A stretch of DNA of 64,000 nucleotides. Source: Felis catus. Its lineage: Eukaryota. The stretch spans positions 806,001 through 870,000 of the forward strand of contig NC_058376.1 of NCBI RefSeq assembly GCF_018350175.1, written 5' to 3'. This document shows, one piece after another, positions 1 to 20,420 of this stretch. The notes beneath the pieces are model-generated. The model had not been told where the DNA came from and did no database searches. It worked only from the letters and a program-made list of their open reading frames with translations. The position numbers and the translations under genes are program-made. How positions within the stretch are numbered: position 1 is the stretch's first letter; every line of letters begins with the position of its first letter.

Positions 1-108
1 CCTGCCCACTTGGGGGCCTGGTCCTTGCAGGGTGGGTGGAGAATCTGCTTCCAAGAGGGTTTCTGATTCATACTGGGTACACAGGGAGGCCTGCCCGACG
101 TCACCAAC

Positions 109-7261
<7,153 letters not shown>

Positions 7262-7480
7262 GTTACCGCCGGAGTGTCACCATCGAGCGAGGGCAGGGGT
7301 CAGGGTAGGCCTGCGGCGCGACCAGAGGGAGAGAGAGAAGCTGTCTCTGCTCTCGCAGGGAAGTCACAGCCCAGGAGGGACGGAGGGAGGGACGGAGGGC
7401 TGGGCGGAGGAGGAGGAGGAGCTGGGGCGGGGGCGGCGCGGAGGGCGGGGGTCTCCCCGGGAGTGAGTCACCGTGCCCTG
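7262..7480 (-). promoter_or_regulatory. COL6A1 5'UTR and proximal promoter (GC/GA-rich, no obvious TATA, AP-1 site)
   Basis: Lies immediately upstream of the ATG. GGA/GGGCGG-rich tract at about 7370-7450 and TGAGTCA at 7464-7470. Confidence 0.6.
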
Positions 7481-7949
7481 CGCTCCCCTCTGGGCTCCTG
7501 GGCTCGGGAAGCTTCTTCCTCTGTTTTGGGGGCCGGACAGCTGGTCTGCTCGCGGAGCACAGCGAAACTGCAGCCGAGTTTACAAAAGTCTGAGCAGGAA
7601 TGTCAGGCAGAACGAATCTCCTTCCAGCCCCCTGGGTTGTTTCTAACCCAGACATTTTGTGGAATCGCTCCCTTCACCCATCTCCCTACAAGCGGCCCTC
7701 CGATGGTTTAAATGTCTCAAATCCATTGCTTTGTCGGATTTCCCAGTCATTGTTCATGTAAATATTTCTTCACTGGTCAGCAGATACATATTTGGAAAAG
7801 ATACTTCAATTTTTCACTATGGGAAAACAAAGTCAACAACCGTCCCGTGAACCGTCCCTCACGGCACAGGGCGGGGTCACCAAACTCGTGTAGACGAACA
7901 CCTGGGTGTAATATAAGCCTCCTAGAATTTAATAGTCTAGCGTTGACCA

Positions 7950-8150
7950 GGAATTAACACATATTGTGTATGTTATGTGTATTATACACTGCATTCTTAC
8001 AATAGTCCGCTAGAGAAAAGAGTTATTGGGTTATTCAGAAATTCATCAGGAAGAGAAAACACATTTACGGAACCATATTGTATATTTCAGAAAAACCCAT
8101 ATATAAGCAAACCTGTGCAGTTCAAACCTGTGTTGTTCAAGAGTCAATTA
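7950..8150. mobile_element. Tigger2/MER28-like DNA transposon terminal fragment
   Basis: AT-rich block ending ...GTGCAGTTCAAACCTGTGTTGTTCAAGAGTCAA, resembling the Tigger2-type terminal inverted repeat as recalled from the consensus. Confidence 0.55.
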
Positions 8151-9149
8151 TAGAGAGACAGACCCTGATTCTGAGGACGAGAGTGAGGGCTCCACCCTAG
8201 GATCCTGTGGGGTGGGCTCCAGATGTGGCCAGACCCACCCCTGCCCCAGAGAAGGTTCCAGAAGACCTCCTCCAGAGCTGGGGCCGTTGACACGTATCTA
8301 ATATCGGCCTAAATGTTTTCTAGTTTAAAAACATACAACAGTTGTATAACCATAATAAACTTTCGAGAAGTCCTTCAGAAATCACACTTCTCAATGATTG
8401 CTCTGAGATTTCTTCCAATGCTTGCCCCATACCCACTTTGTGGGATTTTTGTGAACTTGCTGCCTCTGACTTCATCCCAGCTGCGCCATGGGCATCGCTG
8501 TGTGTGCTCCAGTTTGGTGCCGTGACGCCCCGCTTCCCGGCTTCCAGTTCAGACAAATGGAGGTTCAGGGCCCCCCCCCCGTGCGGGACTGTACCCTGCT
8601 TGCTGGCTCCCCCAGTCTGAGCCGCTTATCTGCGAGGCGCCAAAGCGTTCTTGTTCTGGCGGGTTTGGGAGAGGCAGGAAGACGTGTGAATCGCTGACAA
8701 CAGTGAGGTGCCCAGCCAGGCCTTGCACACGTTCTGACCCGTGGGGGCCTGAGCTGCACGCGTGTGCGAGCTAAGCCGTGGGGTTTGCAAATGACTCGTT
8801 TCGCGGCCGCCAGGAGGCCGTGACTGACACCTGTGCTCCAACGTGGCCTGACCTTCTCCAAGGGGAAGGGGACCACGTGAGTCTGCAAAGCAGAAGGAGG
8901 CCCCTGCTGGGGGCCCAGAGGTGCCTTCTGCCTCACAAGAGCTCAGCAATGTCTTCAAAAATTATTATTTTTTCTCTTATGAAAAAGGTATGTGCTCATC
9001 AGAGGAAAATTACAAAACTAGAAAAATACCATCTGGTTTCACTGCCCAGAGGTAGCAAAAGCTGCTACTTTGGTGTCTCTTACGCTCTTTCTGCTGGAAA
9101 CATTTTTAAACTTTTAATGCAAATTCCAATTAGTTCACATGAGTGTGGC

Positions 9150-9880
9150 ATTAGTTTCAGGCGTACAATGCGGTGATTCAGCACTTCCTACATCACCCGG
9201 TGCTCGTCACGACACTGTGTCCTTCACCGCGTCACCAGCTTCCCCCGTCCCCCGCCTCCCCTCCGGTGACCGTCCTTTCTTCTCTACAGGGAAGAGTCTC
9301 TCTTGGTTTCCCTCTCTGCGTCTTTGTTTTTCCCCATTTGCTCGTTTGTTTTGTTTCTTAAATGCCACACACGAGTGAGGTCATACGGTCTTTGTCTTTC
9401 TCCGACTTATTTTGCTTAGCGTAACACGCTCTAGTCCCATCCACATCGTCGCAGATGGCAAGATTTCATTCTTTTTGACGGCTGAGTAACATTCCATTGT
9501 GTGTGTGAGCCACGTCTTTGTCCACCACCAGCCGGTGGGTGCTTGGGCTTTTCCCATAGGTTGGCTCTCGTTGACGGTTCTGCCATAAACGTTGGGGTGC
9601 GTGTGTCCCCCTGAATCAGTATTTTGGTGCTTTTTGGGTCGATACCTAGCAGTGTGCGTGCCAGATCACGGAGTAGTTCTGTTTTTAACGTTTGGAGGAA
9701 ACTTCACACTGTTTTCCAGAGGGGCTGCGCCGGTTTGCTTGTCCACCAACAGTGTGAGAGGGATCCCCTCTCTCGGCATCCTCGCCAACGTCTGTTGTCC
9801 CTGGGTGGTGAATTTTAGCCACCCCGACAAGGTGTGAGGTGCTGTCTCTGCTGGAAACATTTTTACAGACATGCGGCCAC
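9150..9880 (-). mobile_element. L1 3'-region fragment
   Basis: GTCTTTCTCCGACTTATTTTGCTTAGC...GATGGCAAGATTTCATTCTTTTTGACGGCTGAGTAACATTCCATTGT is typical antisense L1 ORF2-end/3'UTR sequence. Confidence 0.8.
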
Positions 9881-12800
9881 CTGGGATATACCCGGTCGTA
9901 CGCCTTCTTCTGTGTTCTTTCCTGAGTATAAAAGTGATGCAAGCATACTAGAAAAATGTGAACGATTCAGAAAATATAAAAAAGAAATAAAAACCATCCT
10001 GATCCGCACTGGTGCTGTCCTGTATTTTTACCTGTGGTTGAGGCGAAGCTGACTCACTCCTCGCTGTCTGGACCCTCCCTCTCCAGGAGCCCGGCACGGT
10101 CCTCCTGAGAAGGAGGGGGTCTGCTCTGCCCCCAACCCTCCATGCCCAGGCCATGGTCAGGCAGTGTCCCTGCAGAGCTGACCCCCCCCCCGCCACCGGC
10201 CGCCTGGCTCCTGCCTCCGCTACCCTGAGGGGCTGCCCCCGGAGAACTGAGGTGGTCTTGGGGGTGCAAGGCTCTGCACCCCTGCTTGGAGAGAAGGGGA
10301 GGTAGGCAGCGAGGGTGACTTTCTTCCTCACATCCCTGCTGGGCTGCCTGGCTCTTGTCGACTCCTGTGCAGGACATCTGGGCCCAGGAGTCCCTTGGGG
10401 AGGGGGTCTGCACCCTCAGGCTGTGCAGGACCCAGGACGGGAGCCCCACCTGCGCGGACCGCCGGGGAACCCACAGGGCAGGGTGCGTGTCTGCCAACAG
10501 GGAGCAGCTGCAGGGAGAGGACGCATGGCCCCCTGCAGGGCACACCCCAGGGGGCGCGACCTGGCCGATGGGGCAGGCCTGGGCTGCAGAGGCCCTGGGG
10601 GTGGGCAGCCGGGCCACGACAGGTCTGGAACACAGGTGGCAACAGCCGGGCCTGGCAGGGAGGAGGAGGGGGGCTGGGGACCTGAAGCAGCGGTCCCCAC
10701 CCCAGGGAAGCCCCACAGACAGGGGGTGGTACGGGGCCCAGAGCGGGGATTTCCTCCGATGGCCTCCAGCATGCGCATCTAAGTGTGAGAGAGCATGTGT
10801 GAGTGTGTGCACCTGAGTACGTGTGAGTGCGAATGTGTGAGTGCATGCACGTGCTCGATGGTGCACGAGCGTCCCCGCGAGGGTCCCCACACCTGGAAGC
10901 CAGCTCTTCTGCCCGGGATCTGAGGGGCGGGGCGGGGGAGCCCTGCGGGGCACCCCGAGAAGGCCTCCTGCTTTTCTCTCCCTCCTGCCCGTGTCCCTAT
11001 GGCTCTTGGTGCCTGGAACAGTAAGAGCAGGAAAGGGGAAATTACCCACCATGACTCTCTTGTTAGGGTTTTAAGAAGTGGGTGGGAGCTGGAAGGAAAG
11101 AGTATCCTAACGACACCTGCTGTGCCCACACTCTAAGCAGCCAAAGTGGACTTGATCCTGGCATCTGATGGAGGAGCTGCCGATCCCCGCCCCCCCCCGC
11201 CCCTCTTACCACCTGCTAACCCAGCCTGGGAGTGGGGGCTTCTTCCGCCTTCAAAAAAAACCCTTCCCCACCCTCTCCCCCCAACTTTTCCGCTCCCTCC
11301 ATGGGTTTTCTGTTAGAGGCAGCAGACAGGGGCTCAGTGAGGTTCAAGGGGGTGGACGCCCCCTGCCGGATGCCCCAGCCACAATCAGGGCCCATGCTGT
11401 GCCTGGACCCCCAGGACACGTCCCTCTGCCCCCCCCCCACAACGTGCCCCCAACCCATGGTACCCTCAGCCAGGGGCACCAACAAGTGGCCATCCTCACC
11501 CAGCCCAAGGTCAGGGTCCCACAGGCATTGGGTCTGCCACAAGAAGGACAGCAGGGGGCCTTTGTGATGGGGGGATGGCAGGGAAGTCTTGGGGGGCCAG
11601 GAGGTGAGGACTGAGCAGAGGGAGGGACTCCACCCGGACCTCTTGCTCTGGTCTCCAGGCCGTTGTCCCTGATGGGTCAGACCCCTCAGATGGGTGATGC
11701 CCCCGTGGAGAATGTGTACATACCTGTGGGCAGTGGGGACACCTGCCAGGCCACACAGTGGTGAATGGGGTGACATAGGGGCTGTCACAGCAGCCTGCCC
11801 TCCTGAGTGACGGCTGGAGTTTCCAGAACGACCCCCTCCTTCCCAGGGGCGTGGGTGATCGAAAGCTGCTTTCATTTATAAATGCCAAAGACCCAAGCCG
11901 TCTTAGCATCTGTTGAACAAAGACCTATTTGATTTCTTTTTCATGCCTCAACTATCCAGTGAGGTTTCCTCCCAGTTTAGAACGTGATTCACCGAGGAAA
12001 ATAATATTTTCCACAGCTTACACATGTGGGTCCGTGGATACTGAAGCTGATGCGGATGCCAGACTGGCCCCCTCCCGGCCCTCACGGGCACATGTCCCGA
12101 GCGCGGACTCTGCCTGGGCTCCCGCCCCTGCCCTCGGCGTGGACCAGCCTGTGCTTCTCATCCTTGTCACCTGGTGACTTGTCCCCGGGCCAGATTGGTT
12201 GTGAGGGGCCCGGCTCCAGGCACCTAGGACGGGGCTCCAAGCCTCCATCTGCCAACTGCAAAATGAGCCAGACGGACAGGAAGCAGCCAGTGGTCAGATC
12301 CACCGCCGGGGTCCGGGTGGTGTAAGCCAGACCTGGGCCCCGCGGTAGACCGGACACAGCAGGTGGCCGTCCTGGAGGACGGCGCTGGGCATCCGGGGTC
12401 TGACTCACACTGTCCTGCAGGCGGGTCCTTCAGGTGACGACTCAGGTCCTAACCGACGAGGGGCTCGCGGCAGTCGGCAGCGGAGAAAGAGGCCGGGATG
12501 GGGCACGCGGTTCCCCCAGAAGCGCGCGTGTGCCAGCGTGCTGGGAACAGATGTCACTGCTGAGACCGCAGAAGGAAGGCCCAGGGATTCACCCCGGACT
12601 GGGGCCCGAGGCAGAGCTGCTCCGGCCTGTCCTTGGCAAGGGCGTGGGCACGTGCGTCAGCGGGTGTCAACTGGGATTGTCTCTTGGAAGAGAGCGTCTA
12701 ACCAGTTTATAGCGCAAGTTAATTGCAGGCAGCACCCTGCACACTCATGTGTAAAATTACACCAAACTACACGGTTTCGGACTGAAATAGTGTGGAAGCT

Positions 12801-15800
12801 CAACAACAGAGGATTGTTCAGAAAATCCGGGGCCCCCCGCACCAGCCCCTCGGCCCTCTAGGCTGCAGGGGAGAGAAAGTGCTGGAGGCGAAGGCCCGGT
12901 GAGGATGCAGGGAAGACGGTCAGGTGACGCTCAGAAGGATGCCCTCAGGGGTGCTCGTCACACACAGCCTGCAGGGCCCCCCGCTTGTTCGGGAAGAGTC
13001 TCTGGACACCCAGATGCTGGTTTCTGGGGGAGGCGAGGACCCGAGCCGGGAGGGGAGCTTCACTGTCATCGTGGAGCTGTGCTCACTGCCCTCTTCCGAG
13101 TCTCCGTAAATGACGACTGTGCGTGTGCGTGACTTTAGTGTAACTGCGGTGGAAACCTGTCAGCCGGTCCTGTCCCCTCCCGGGCCCAGGCTGGCGGGAC
13201 AGCCAAGGCAGCTGCACTGGAGAAGCCCAGGGGGCCGGTCCAGCCTGCTTCCCGCAAGGGGGACACTCTTGTTCCGTTGCCTAAGAGCTGGGAATTTTAT
13301 TTTCCGGTCAGAATCAGACGCAGAGGCCAGCTCTGTGAGCACTGTCGTTTGGAAGGAGGGGAGGGAGGGGGTTCGTCTGGCGGACACGGCCTGTGATGGA
13401 CACCACACGGGTGTCCTGGGTGGTGGGGCGGCCCCCACCCATCTAAGCACAGGTGGAAAACCTAGGCCTGGGGGCCGATGGCACCCCCTCACGCCCAGGC
13501 CACGCAGGACATTCATACCTGCGTGGAGTGGCCCGTGCTGGGGGGTTTCTGGGGCGCCGGAGCCAGGCGGGCCGGGAACGGGGAGGGCCGCCTTTGCTGG
13601 CATTGCCTGGTGAAGGAGTAGCTCTCTGGCCCCTGGGGGTCCCACCAGAAAGCACCGGAACTCCAGGGGCCCCCGCCTGGGCCTCCCCACAGAGGCGGGG
13701 CAGATGGGTCGAGGTCAGCCGAGCTTGCCGGGTCACCCCAACGTGTCTGGTGGGGCCTGACTCAGGGCGGCAAGGGCTACAGGACGCGGGGGCCGAGGGT
13801 CCCCCCAGGGAAGCTGGCAGGCAGGTGCCAGGGGCCATTGGCGGTGTGCTGGGTAGGGGGCCGGACTGCGTCCATCGGGGGCTGTGGCCCCAAGCCCCAG
13901 GCCCACGCAGGGCGTGTCTCCAGGGCACAGACGGACTCTGCAGGCAGGGGACCCACCCCAACTGCTGCGGACACAGTGACTCTGGCTCGGGCCTGCACGG
14001 GTTAATCGTTTTCTAGTTACCTCATGCTGGCCTCTGCTTCTGTGGAAAAGAGCAAAACATCTGGCAATAATATTTCTTTAATGGCTGTCTGAGCCGTGTG
14101 GGAGGGGCTTGGCTGCTTTCCTCACAGCCCAGAGCAGATGTAGATAGGACCCCTGGGGGAGGGGGCTTCCCGGGCAGCGGCCACAACCCTGGGCCTGCCA
14201 CCCCCAGGCCCCAGCACCCACCCACGGGTCCCCAGGGCCAGCGGGGGGAGGCCAGAGCATTCCTGCGCACATAAGTCGTTTCCTGTGTTGCTGACCCTCG
14301 TGTGGGGTTCCCAGGGTGCTGGGCCGCAGTGGGGGTCCTAGGCTGGCCCCTGAGGGGTGGGGGTGGGGGTGCCCTGAGGCAGGTTAGGGTCACCCATGGG
14401 GTCTCTATGTCTGGGGGCCCTGCCTCCTCGCCTCCAAGGCTCCCCAGCTCCTGCCTCCCTTGACCTTGCCGGCTGGGGTTCCCACTGTCACGGCTGGATG
14501 GGGCCTGGGACCCCCACCCCCCACCACTGGGCTGCTTCCTCACTGTGGCGGGGGGCTGGGGAGTACCTGCAGGGTCTTCTTCCCTCTTCCTGGTTTCCTC
14601 GAGGGTGGAGGGGAGGGGACATCAGTGCTGGGTCTGGGGGCTTTAGCCCACACTGGTCCTCCATGGCGTGTGACAAGGGGCGCTTGCCACAGGGGTGCCT
14701 GGGCCCAGGTCCATGGCCTGCCCACCCCAAATTATGCAGCGGCTCCGATGAGGCCTGGTCAGCAGGGAAGGGAGAAAGGGTGGACCAGGGGCCCCTCACA
14801 GGCCAACAGCTCCCACCTTGCCCCCAGATGGCTCCCCTAGACCGCAGGACCCTGAGAAAACACAGCATGCTCCCCCCAACTCTGCAGGCACAGTGACCTC
14901 AGTCTGGGTCCCTGAGCTACATTCAGGCAAGCCCACCCCTCGCTTCCTTCCCAGACCCTCTTCTGGACCACCATATCTGCCTGGGGCCACGAGGACCCTC
15001 TGTCTCTCAGCCTGACCACGCCATGGGTCAGGAAAGCTCCAGGCATCCTGCCCACTGGACCTCAGGGCCAGGTACCCCAGGGGAGCAGGGCTGGTCAGGG
15101 TGAGGTTCCTGTGCTCTGGGGGGAACATCTGGGATTCTCAGGAACATGCCTGGAGCCTGCCTGGTCCCGACTCCTCCGATCAAACCCTGAAGAGAGGGAG
15201 CGTGGGGATTCCACAGTTCCCTGGAAAAGGTTCTGGTCCAGGGGCTGAAGTTTAGAGTGGTTCTCAAGAATTAAAGTCCCCGGAACCCATGGACGCCCCC
15301 ATGGGACCCTGCAGTTGTGCAGCAGGCAGGGAGGGGAACGGGGTCATCCGGTTCTGGGCCACAGTCTGGGGTCCCAGCGTTCAACAAGGGGCTGAGGACT
15401 CTCCATGGGTGCCGGGCTGACCCCAGCATCCTCCCCACATGATACCAAGCTCATTAGGTCCTGATTGTTGCTTCAGAGCAGAGGGGGTCATAGGACAGTC
15501 TGGGACCCTTGCTCCTTCAGGCAGGCCCGGAGCTACAAGACCTCCCCTGGGGAGGATTGCTCTCAGGGTACCAGACAGGGTCGGAGGCTGCCCCTGCAGT
15601 GGGAGGGGGGACACGTGTCAGGACAGCAGGGCTTTGATGTGTGAGACCCTATCGCCCAGCTAGGTGCAGCCCCTGTCCCTGGGGACCCAGAGGGGACAGC
15701 GTAGCCTGGGCACTGTCCTTTCCCTCCCTGATAGACCTGGACACGGGACCAGAAAAAACAGGACCAGCATTTTGGGGAGGGGCGCCCTCTGCTGCCCATT

Positions 15801-16529
15801 GGGGGCAGCCCAGGAACCACTTCGACACCAGGTCTGCCCAGAGGACAGGAGGCAGGAGGGGCTCCCACTGAGGACTGCGGTTGGCTGTGGGGGGGGGGCT
15901 TGTGTGATCCCCGAGGCGCCGGGCCCCCAGTCCTGCCGAGGTGTGGCATGGCTGGGTCAGGCATCGCCCTGAGGCCCACCCAGGCCTTCTGACCCAGCCG
16001 CCCCCACCCCAGGGCAGTGGTCAGCAAGCTCAGCCCCCTGGGCTCTGCTCCTGGCCTCCAGCCAGCTGTCCAGAAGCTTCCAACCTGGCCTTGGCCTGAG
16101 CTTGACCAGCGCTGGCTACACCTGGTCACTCTTTGCCACCGTCCTGGACTGAAGGACACTCCTGGCTGAGGTATGCTGGGGTTACACCCAGCACCCCGGG
16201 ACCCCAAGGCCGTGGGGACGTTAAGGTGGTCCCCCCGCCCCCGGCCAGCCCCAGGACTCAGGTCACAGCCCAGGAGGGAGGCGTGGGGGCTTCTGTGAGC
16301 TCTGGCGCTCCTCAAAAGCCTCACATGAGTGGTGGGTGTCAGTCAGAGGCCACACGAGCTGTTACCACCAAGGGCATACTTCCTTCACCTTCCCGCTTCA
16401 TGGAGTTGCCCAGGGCTCCCAGAAGGACAGTGACGCCTCCAGGTGAGCTCGGGACCCCTGTTCTCCCGCCTGGGCTCCAAGCCCTGGCGAGGGCAGGGTC
16501 GGCAAGTGGAGACCAGGCCTATCCCTCCA

Positions 16530-16771
16530 ACCCCGAAGTGTGTCTGTTGAGGTCCTAACCCCGACGTGGTGGTAGTAGGGCGTCTTCAGGAGGTGGGCTC
16601 CAGGATAGAGACCTAAGGAATGAGATTAGTGAAAGGAGACCCCAGGGAGCTCCCTCCCCTCCCCCACACGAGAAGTCTGCCCTCACCCTGGCCTTGGACT
16701 TCCAGGCTCCAGAGCTGTGAGAAATATGTTTCTGTTGTTTACGAGCCACCCAGATGGAACGGACTAAGACA
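16530..16771 (+). mobile_element. MLT1-type (MaLR) LTR fragment
   Basis: GACTTCCAGGCTCCAGAGCTGTGAGAAATATGTTTCTGTTGTTTACGAGCCACCCAG...GGACTAAGACA is the MLT1 3' end. Confidence 0.75.
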
Positions 16772-16799
16772 CTATTGAAAACATTTAAATGGAAAGCAG

Positions 16800-17030
16800 T
16801 TTCTTTTCTTCTTTTTTTAAAATTTAAATTCAAGTTAGTTAACATACAGTGTAGTTTTGGATTTGGGAGTAGAACGAAGTGATTCATCTCTTACATATGA
16901 CACCCAGTGCTCATCCTGAAAAGTGTCCTTCTTAATGCCCCTCACCCATTGAGCCCATCTTCCCACCCATCTCCCCTCCAGCAACCTTCTGTTCGTTCTC
17001 TGCAGTTAAGAGTCTCTTATGATTTGTCTC
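16800..17030 (-). mobile_element. Carnivore L1 3' end, left half of a split element
   Basis: T-rich tail at about 16800-16820, then CAAGTTAGTTAACATACAGTG...CACCCAGTGCTCATC...AGAGTCTCTTATGATTTGTCTC, stopping abruptly at the LTR at 17031. Confidence 0.85.
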
Positions 17031-17622
17031 TGAAACATGGTGCTGTCGAAAAAAACCACCAGACGCCGAATAGAAGCGAGGCAAGATTTTATTCACGGCC
17101 GGGCCAAACCTGATCTCCTGATCGTAAGGAGAAAAGTACAGAGAATGGCCCCGAACAAAGGTAGCAGTGAGCTTATATGGATTTTAGCAAGTCAGAATAC
17201 GTCATTATTTGGTTAACCAATTACAATCTACAGCCTTTCACGGTAGCCAGTTATATCGTGACACACAGACGTCAGTTTCGGTGGGAACCTATCAATTTAA
17301 AGTTCTTTGTCCTAAGAGGGTTTAAAATGACCAATCATAGTTAGACACCTAAGATGCCGTGGGGCAGCGAGTACGTGCCTTTTACATGTTGGTCTTGCCT
17401 AGGCCAGACCTTGGTAGAGGGGCTGGGGGAGCGTTTTGCATCCTAAGTGATCTATTCAGCAAGCAGGCGAGGTCCCAGAAGCAAGATAGGGAGGTTAGGA
17501 ACTTCCGATAACCCTAATAGGGAACTACAGAAGCCTTTTATCTCAATTATTCATGAAAGGTGACTTTAAGCCGAACTTATATACAATAAGCTTTCTGAGG
17601 TCTTATAAACTGACCTATTACA
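17031..17622 (-). mobile_element. ERV LTR (592 bp) at the outer end of palindrome arm A; no adjacent PBS or PPT
   Basis: Reverse complement of 31765-32356, with TG...CA termini. Flanked by L1 instead of viral internal sequence. Confidence 0.9.
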
Positions 17623-19739
17623 ACATCACCTCGGCCATCTGAGGACCCCAGGCTATGGAACCGTGGTCCGGAGAGATTGCGAGCAGAGCTGGTCGGAATG
17701 GGGTGCGGCAAAGCACAGAGGCAGGTTTCCAGAAAGCTCTCCAGGGTCCTCGGCATCCTGCCGCTTTTGAATCAAAGCCCTGATCTTTAAAATGCCAGCG
17801 ACGTCACAACGTGGGCCAGAAACACAAACATCTCTGGGCGTCCACCACCACCTGAAATATTGTCCATTTCTTGTAACTTGAGGTGGCTGGAAAGAATCAG
17901 GGGCGAGGGCTCCAAGAGGGTGGCTCCTGGCCCAGACTTTGTGTTTGGGGGGTAAACGCCATGCAGACAAACCTTGGCTGAGGAGGGGACAGGTATGGGG
18001 ACCCCGTTGCAGGCACTGCTGTCCCGGTGATGCCGCCTCAGGGCGCTCGAGTCCACCTGCCCCTGGGGGAGCACCTGCGACCCTCCGCTCTGCCTGAGGG
18101 CTCTGTCCTGCCCCACGGGCACCTCCTCTCCTGCCAGCCGGGGCCAGCCTGCCACCCGGGAGCGCGGATACCCCGACGGCCCTGGGGACAGAGCCGGTCC
18201 GGGTACGACACCGTCTCCCAGTTGGCCTGAGCGCCAGGCCGCCACGGTGCTCCCCCCTCCTCCTCCGGGCTCCCTGTACTCGTCATCCTGCGGGCTCCGT
18301 GGGCCCAAGTCTTCCTCTGATCAGGGACCACCCCGTGTCCAGTCTCCACACGCTGGGACTTGGGGCAGGTCGTCTGGACCTTCCGGACTCGTGCTTCCTT
18401 GCAGGGACATGTGCAGAGGCCTCCCTCCCAGACTCGCCAGAGGGGACCCAGCACAGGAAGATTCAGACGCCGTAAAGGAAGAGGCCACGTGGGGGACCCC
18501 GTCGGGTCGCGCTCACCGATGAGGTCCCGGTGTTCGGCACACGGCAGGGACCTGAGATGGCCGGCTGAATTAGGGAAGGAGGGAGGGAAGGTGGGAGTGA
18601 AACCACAGAAGCCGGGTCCACACACCAGGTCGGGTCAGAGGTCAGGTCAGAGGGCGTCACAGCTCGGGCCCTGGAAGGGGGCACGGGACACGTCCTTCTG
18701 TCCCTCCAGCGCTGACCTTCCTTCACGTGGGACCTGCTGACGTCCTGGATCGTCTCCACCTCCTCCGCAAACAACGCTGAGTGTTCCCGGAAGGGGGACG
18801 GCAGGCAGGGGCCGAGGAGGGGCTTCCGGAATCCTGTGCCCTGGGGGACTCTGGGACAGCCTTCCAGGTGGCCCCTTGTGTCCTCCAGGCACCAGGCCAC
18901 GATTCCACCTCATCTGTCGGGGAATGCGACAAGCCATCTAGAAGGCCCGTTTCGTCCCCGTGTCACAGATGGGGACACCGAGGCTAATAGCACAGCCTGG
19001 GTCACTAGTAAGACGAGCTAGGTCAGGAAGCCCATGTCCTTGACTTTGGATTGTCCTACCCGCAGGCCTGCGTCTTGGCGTCCTGGGGCTCGGGGTCCCT
19101 CTTCCTGGGGAACCCCACCACCCGCCGAAGGCCCGCCCCCCCTGAACTCAGGGGAGCAGAGCTGACCAACCTGCCTGGGGCCGGGCATGGGGACCGGGGA
19201 AGGGCCGACCCCAGGCTCTGTGGGCTCTCCCAGTCCTGGGCCAGCCGGTCCCCTGCAGGACGAGGACTTCTCGCTGGGGACCTGCTGGGGCCTCTGCTGC
19301 CTCACGTTGTCACCTGGGCTGCCGGTCCCCAGACCAGAAACCTGCCGGTCTGAAGGTGCCCAGCGCTGCCTCCCTCGGGTTTCACTTGCCCGAGTCCCTC
19401 CCCGGGACGCCCCGCATCTCTGACGCCGGCTCCCATGGACTGGGACGGGTCTGGTCTCCATCCCGGGGAACGCACGGGCTTTGGAGCGTTATTTGGCCCA
19501 GGGGCCTGTGAACCTTTCTGGCCCTGGGTCGTGAGGGATGCTCTCCCCTCTGCGGTGTGACCGTCCGGCCTTCTGCGTCTCCCGGCTTCTGTCTGGGCCA
19601 CGGGGGGACCAGCCGTGTCCTGGCTGGCGTCAGGCTGTGGTGTCACAGCACAAACGGGGGTCTCCACCCCGAGACCGTGCCCATTGTCACCGAAGGGGCC
19701 TCTTTTTTCCCACCTAATCTTTAATCCATTGTGATTTCA

Positions 19740-20070
19740 ACATCAAAGGAGAAACAGTCTATTTCAAGCGACCACAGAGTACGAAAATGAATCTGTCCCG
19801 TCTGAAAAGTCGGTGCAGACCCGAAGGTATCTCTTGAGAGATTCCACTTGTAGGAAACCTCCAGAGTAAGTAACGGAACACGGAGAGAAAGCGGACTGGG
19901 GGTTCCCAGGGCCTGGCGGGGGCACGAATGGGGAGGGCGGGCTCCGGGTACACGGTGTCCCTCGGGGACTGAGATACTCTGCACCAATATTCTGTGGCGT
20001 GGTTCACAGCGTCGTGAGTGTACCCAGCGCGCAGGAATTGCACAACGTAAAGTAAATAAAAATTTTACTG
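19740..20070 (+). mobile_element. Ancient L1M 3'-end relic inside the duplicated unit (copies near 29317-29647 and 58273-58603)
   Basis: GATTCCACTTGTAGGAAACCTCCAGAGTAAG...GGGGGTTCCCAGGGCCTGG...GGGTACACGGTGTCCCTCGGGGACTGAGA...GAATTGCACAACGTAAA follows the L1MB/MC 3' pattern with GC-shifted substitutions. Confidence 0.65.
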
Positions 20071-20269
20071 AGGATTAATATGGATTATAAACCAACAGTG
20101 AAGAAATAAAGTCACAGCTAAAAAGAAGAGGAGAGAAAGGATAAGGGAGAAGAGGAAGAGACATTGTGGTAGGGTGTCAGGGTCGGGGATTGGAACAATT
20201 AGAAATAAAACAAACATCCCGTGTAGGCCCTCAGGCCCTTGATCAGTGGCTGGCATCCATGTGGGAGCA

Positions 20270-20420
20270 AGGGCGGTGGCAGGGGCAGGGAGAAGGGCGG
20301 TGGCAGGGGCGGGGGCAGGGGCAGGGAGAAGAGAGGTGGCAGGGGCGGGGAGAAGGGCGGTGGCAGGAACGGTGTTGGGAGCAGAAGCAGGAACAGTGGA
20401 AGCAGCAGGAGCAGAAGCAG
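20270..20420 (+). repeat. Low-complexity GGGCGGTGGCAGGGGCAG / GCAGGAGCAGAA tandem repeat (copies near 28967-29117 and 58803-58953)
   Basis: Visible short imperfect tandem units. Confidence 0.75.

Noticed and set aside
19749-19868. Apparent exon ending in a perfect GA/GTAAGT donor
   Set aside because: Lies within an L1M 3'-end relic, and I found no phase-compatible downstream acceptor into the Gln-rich ORF.
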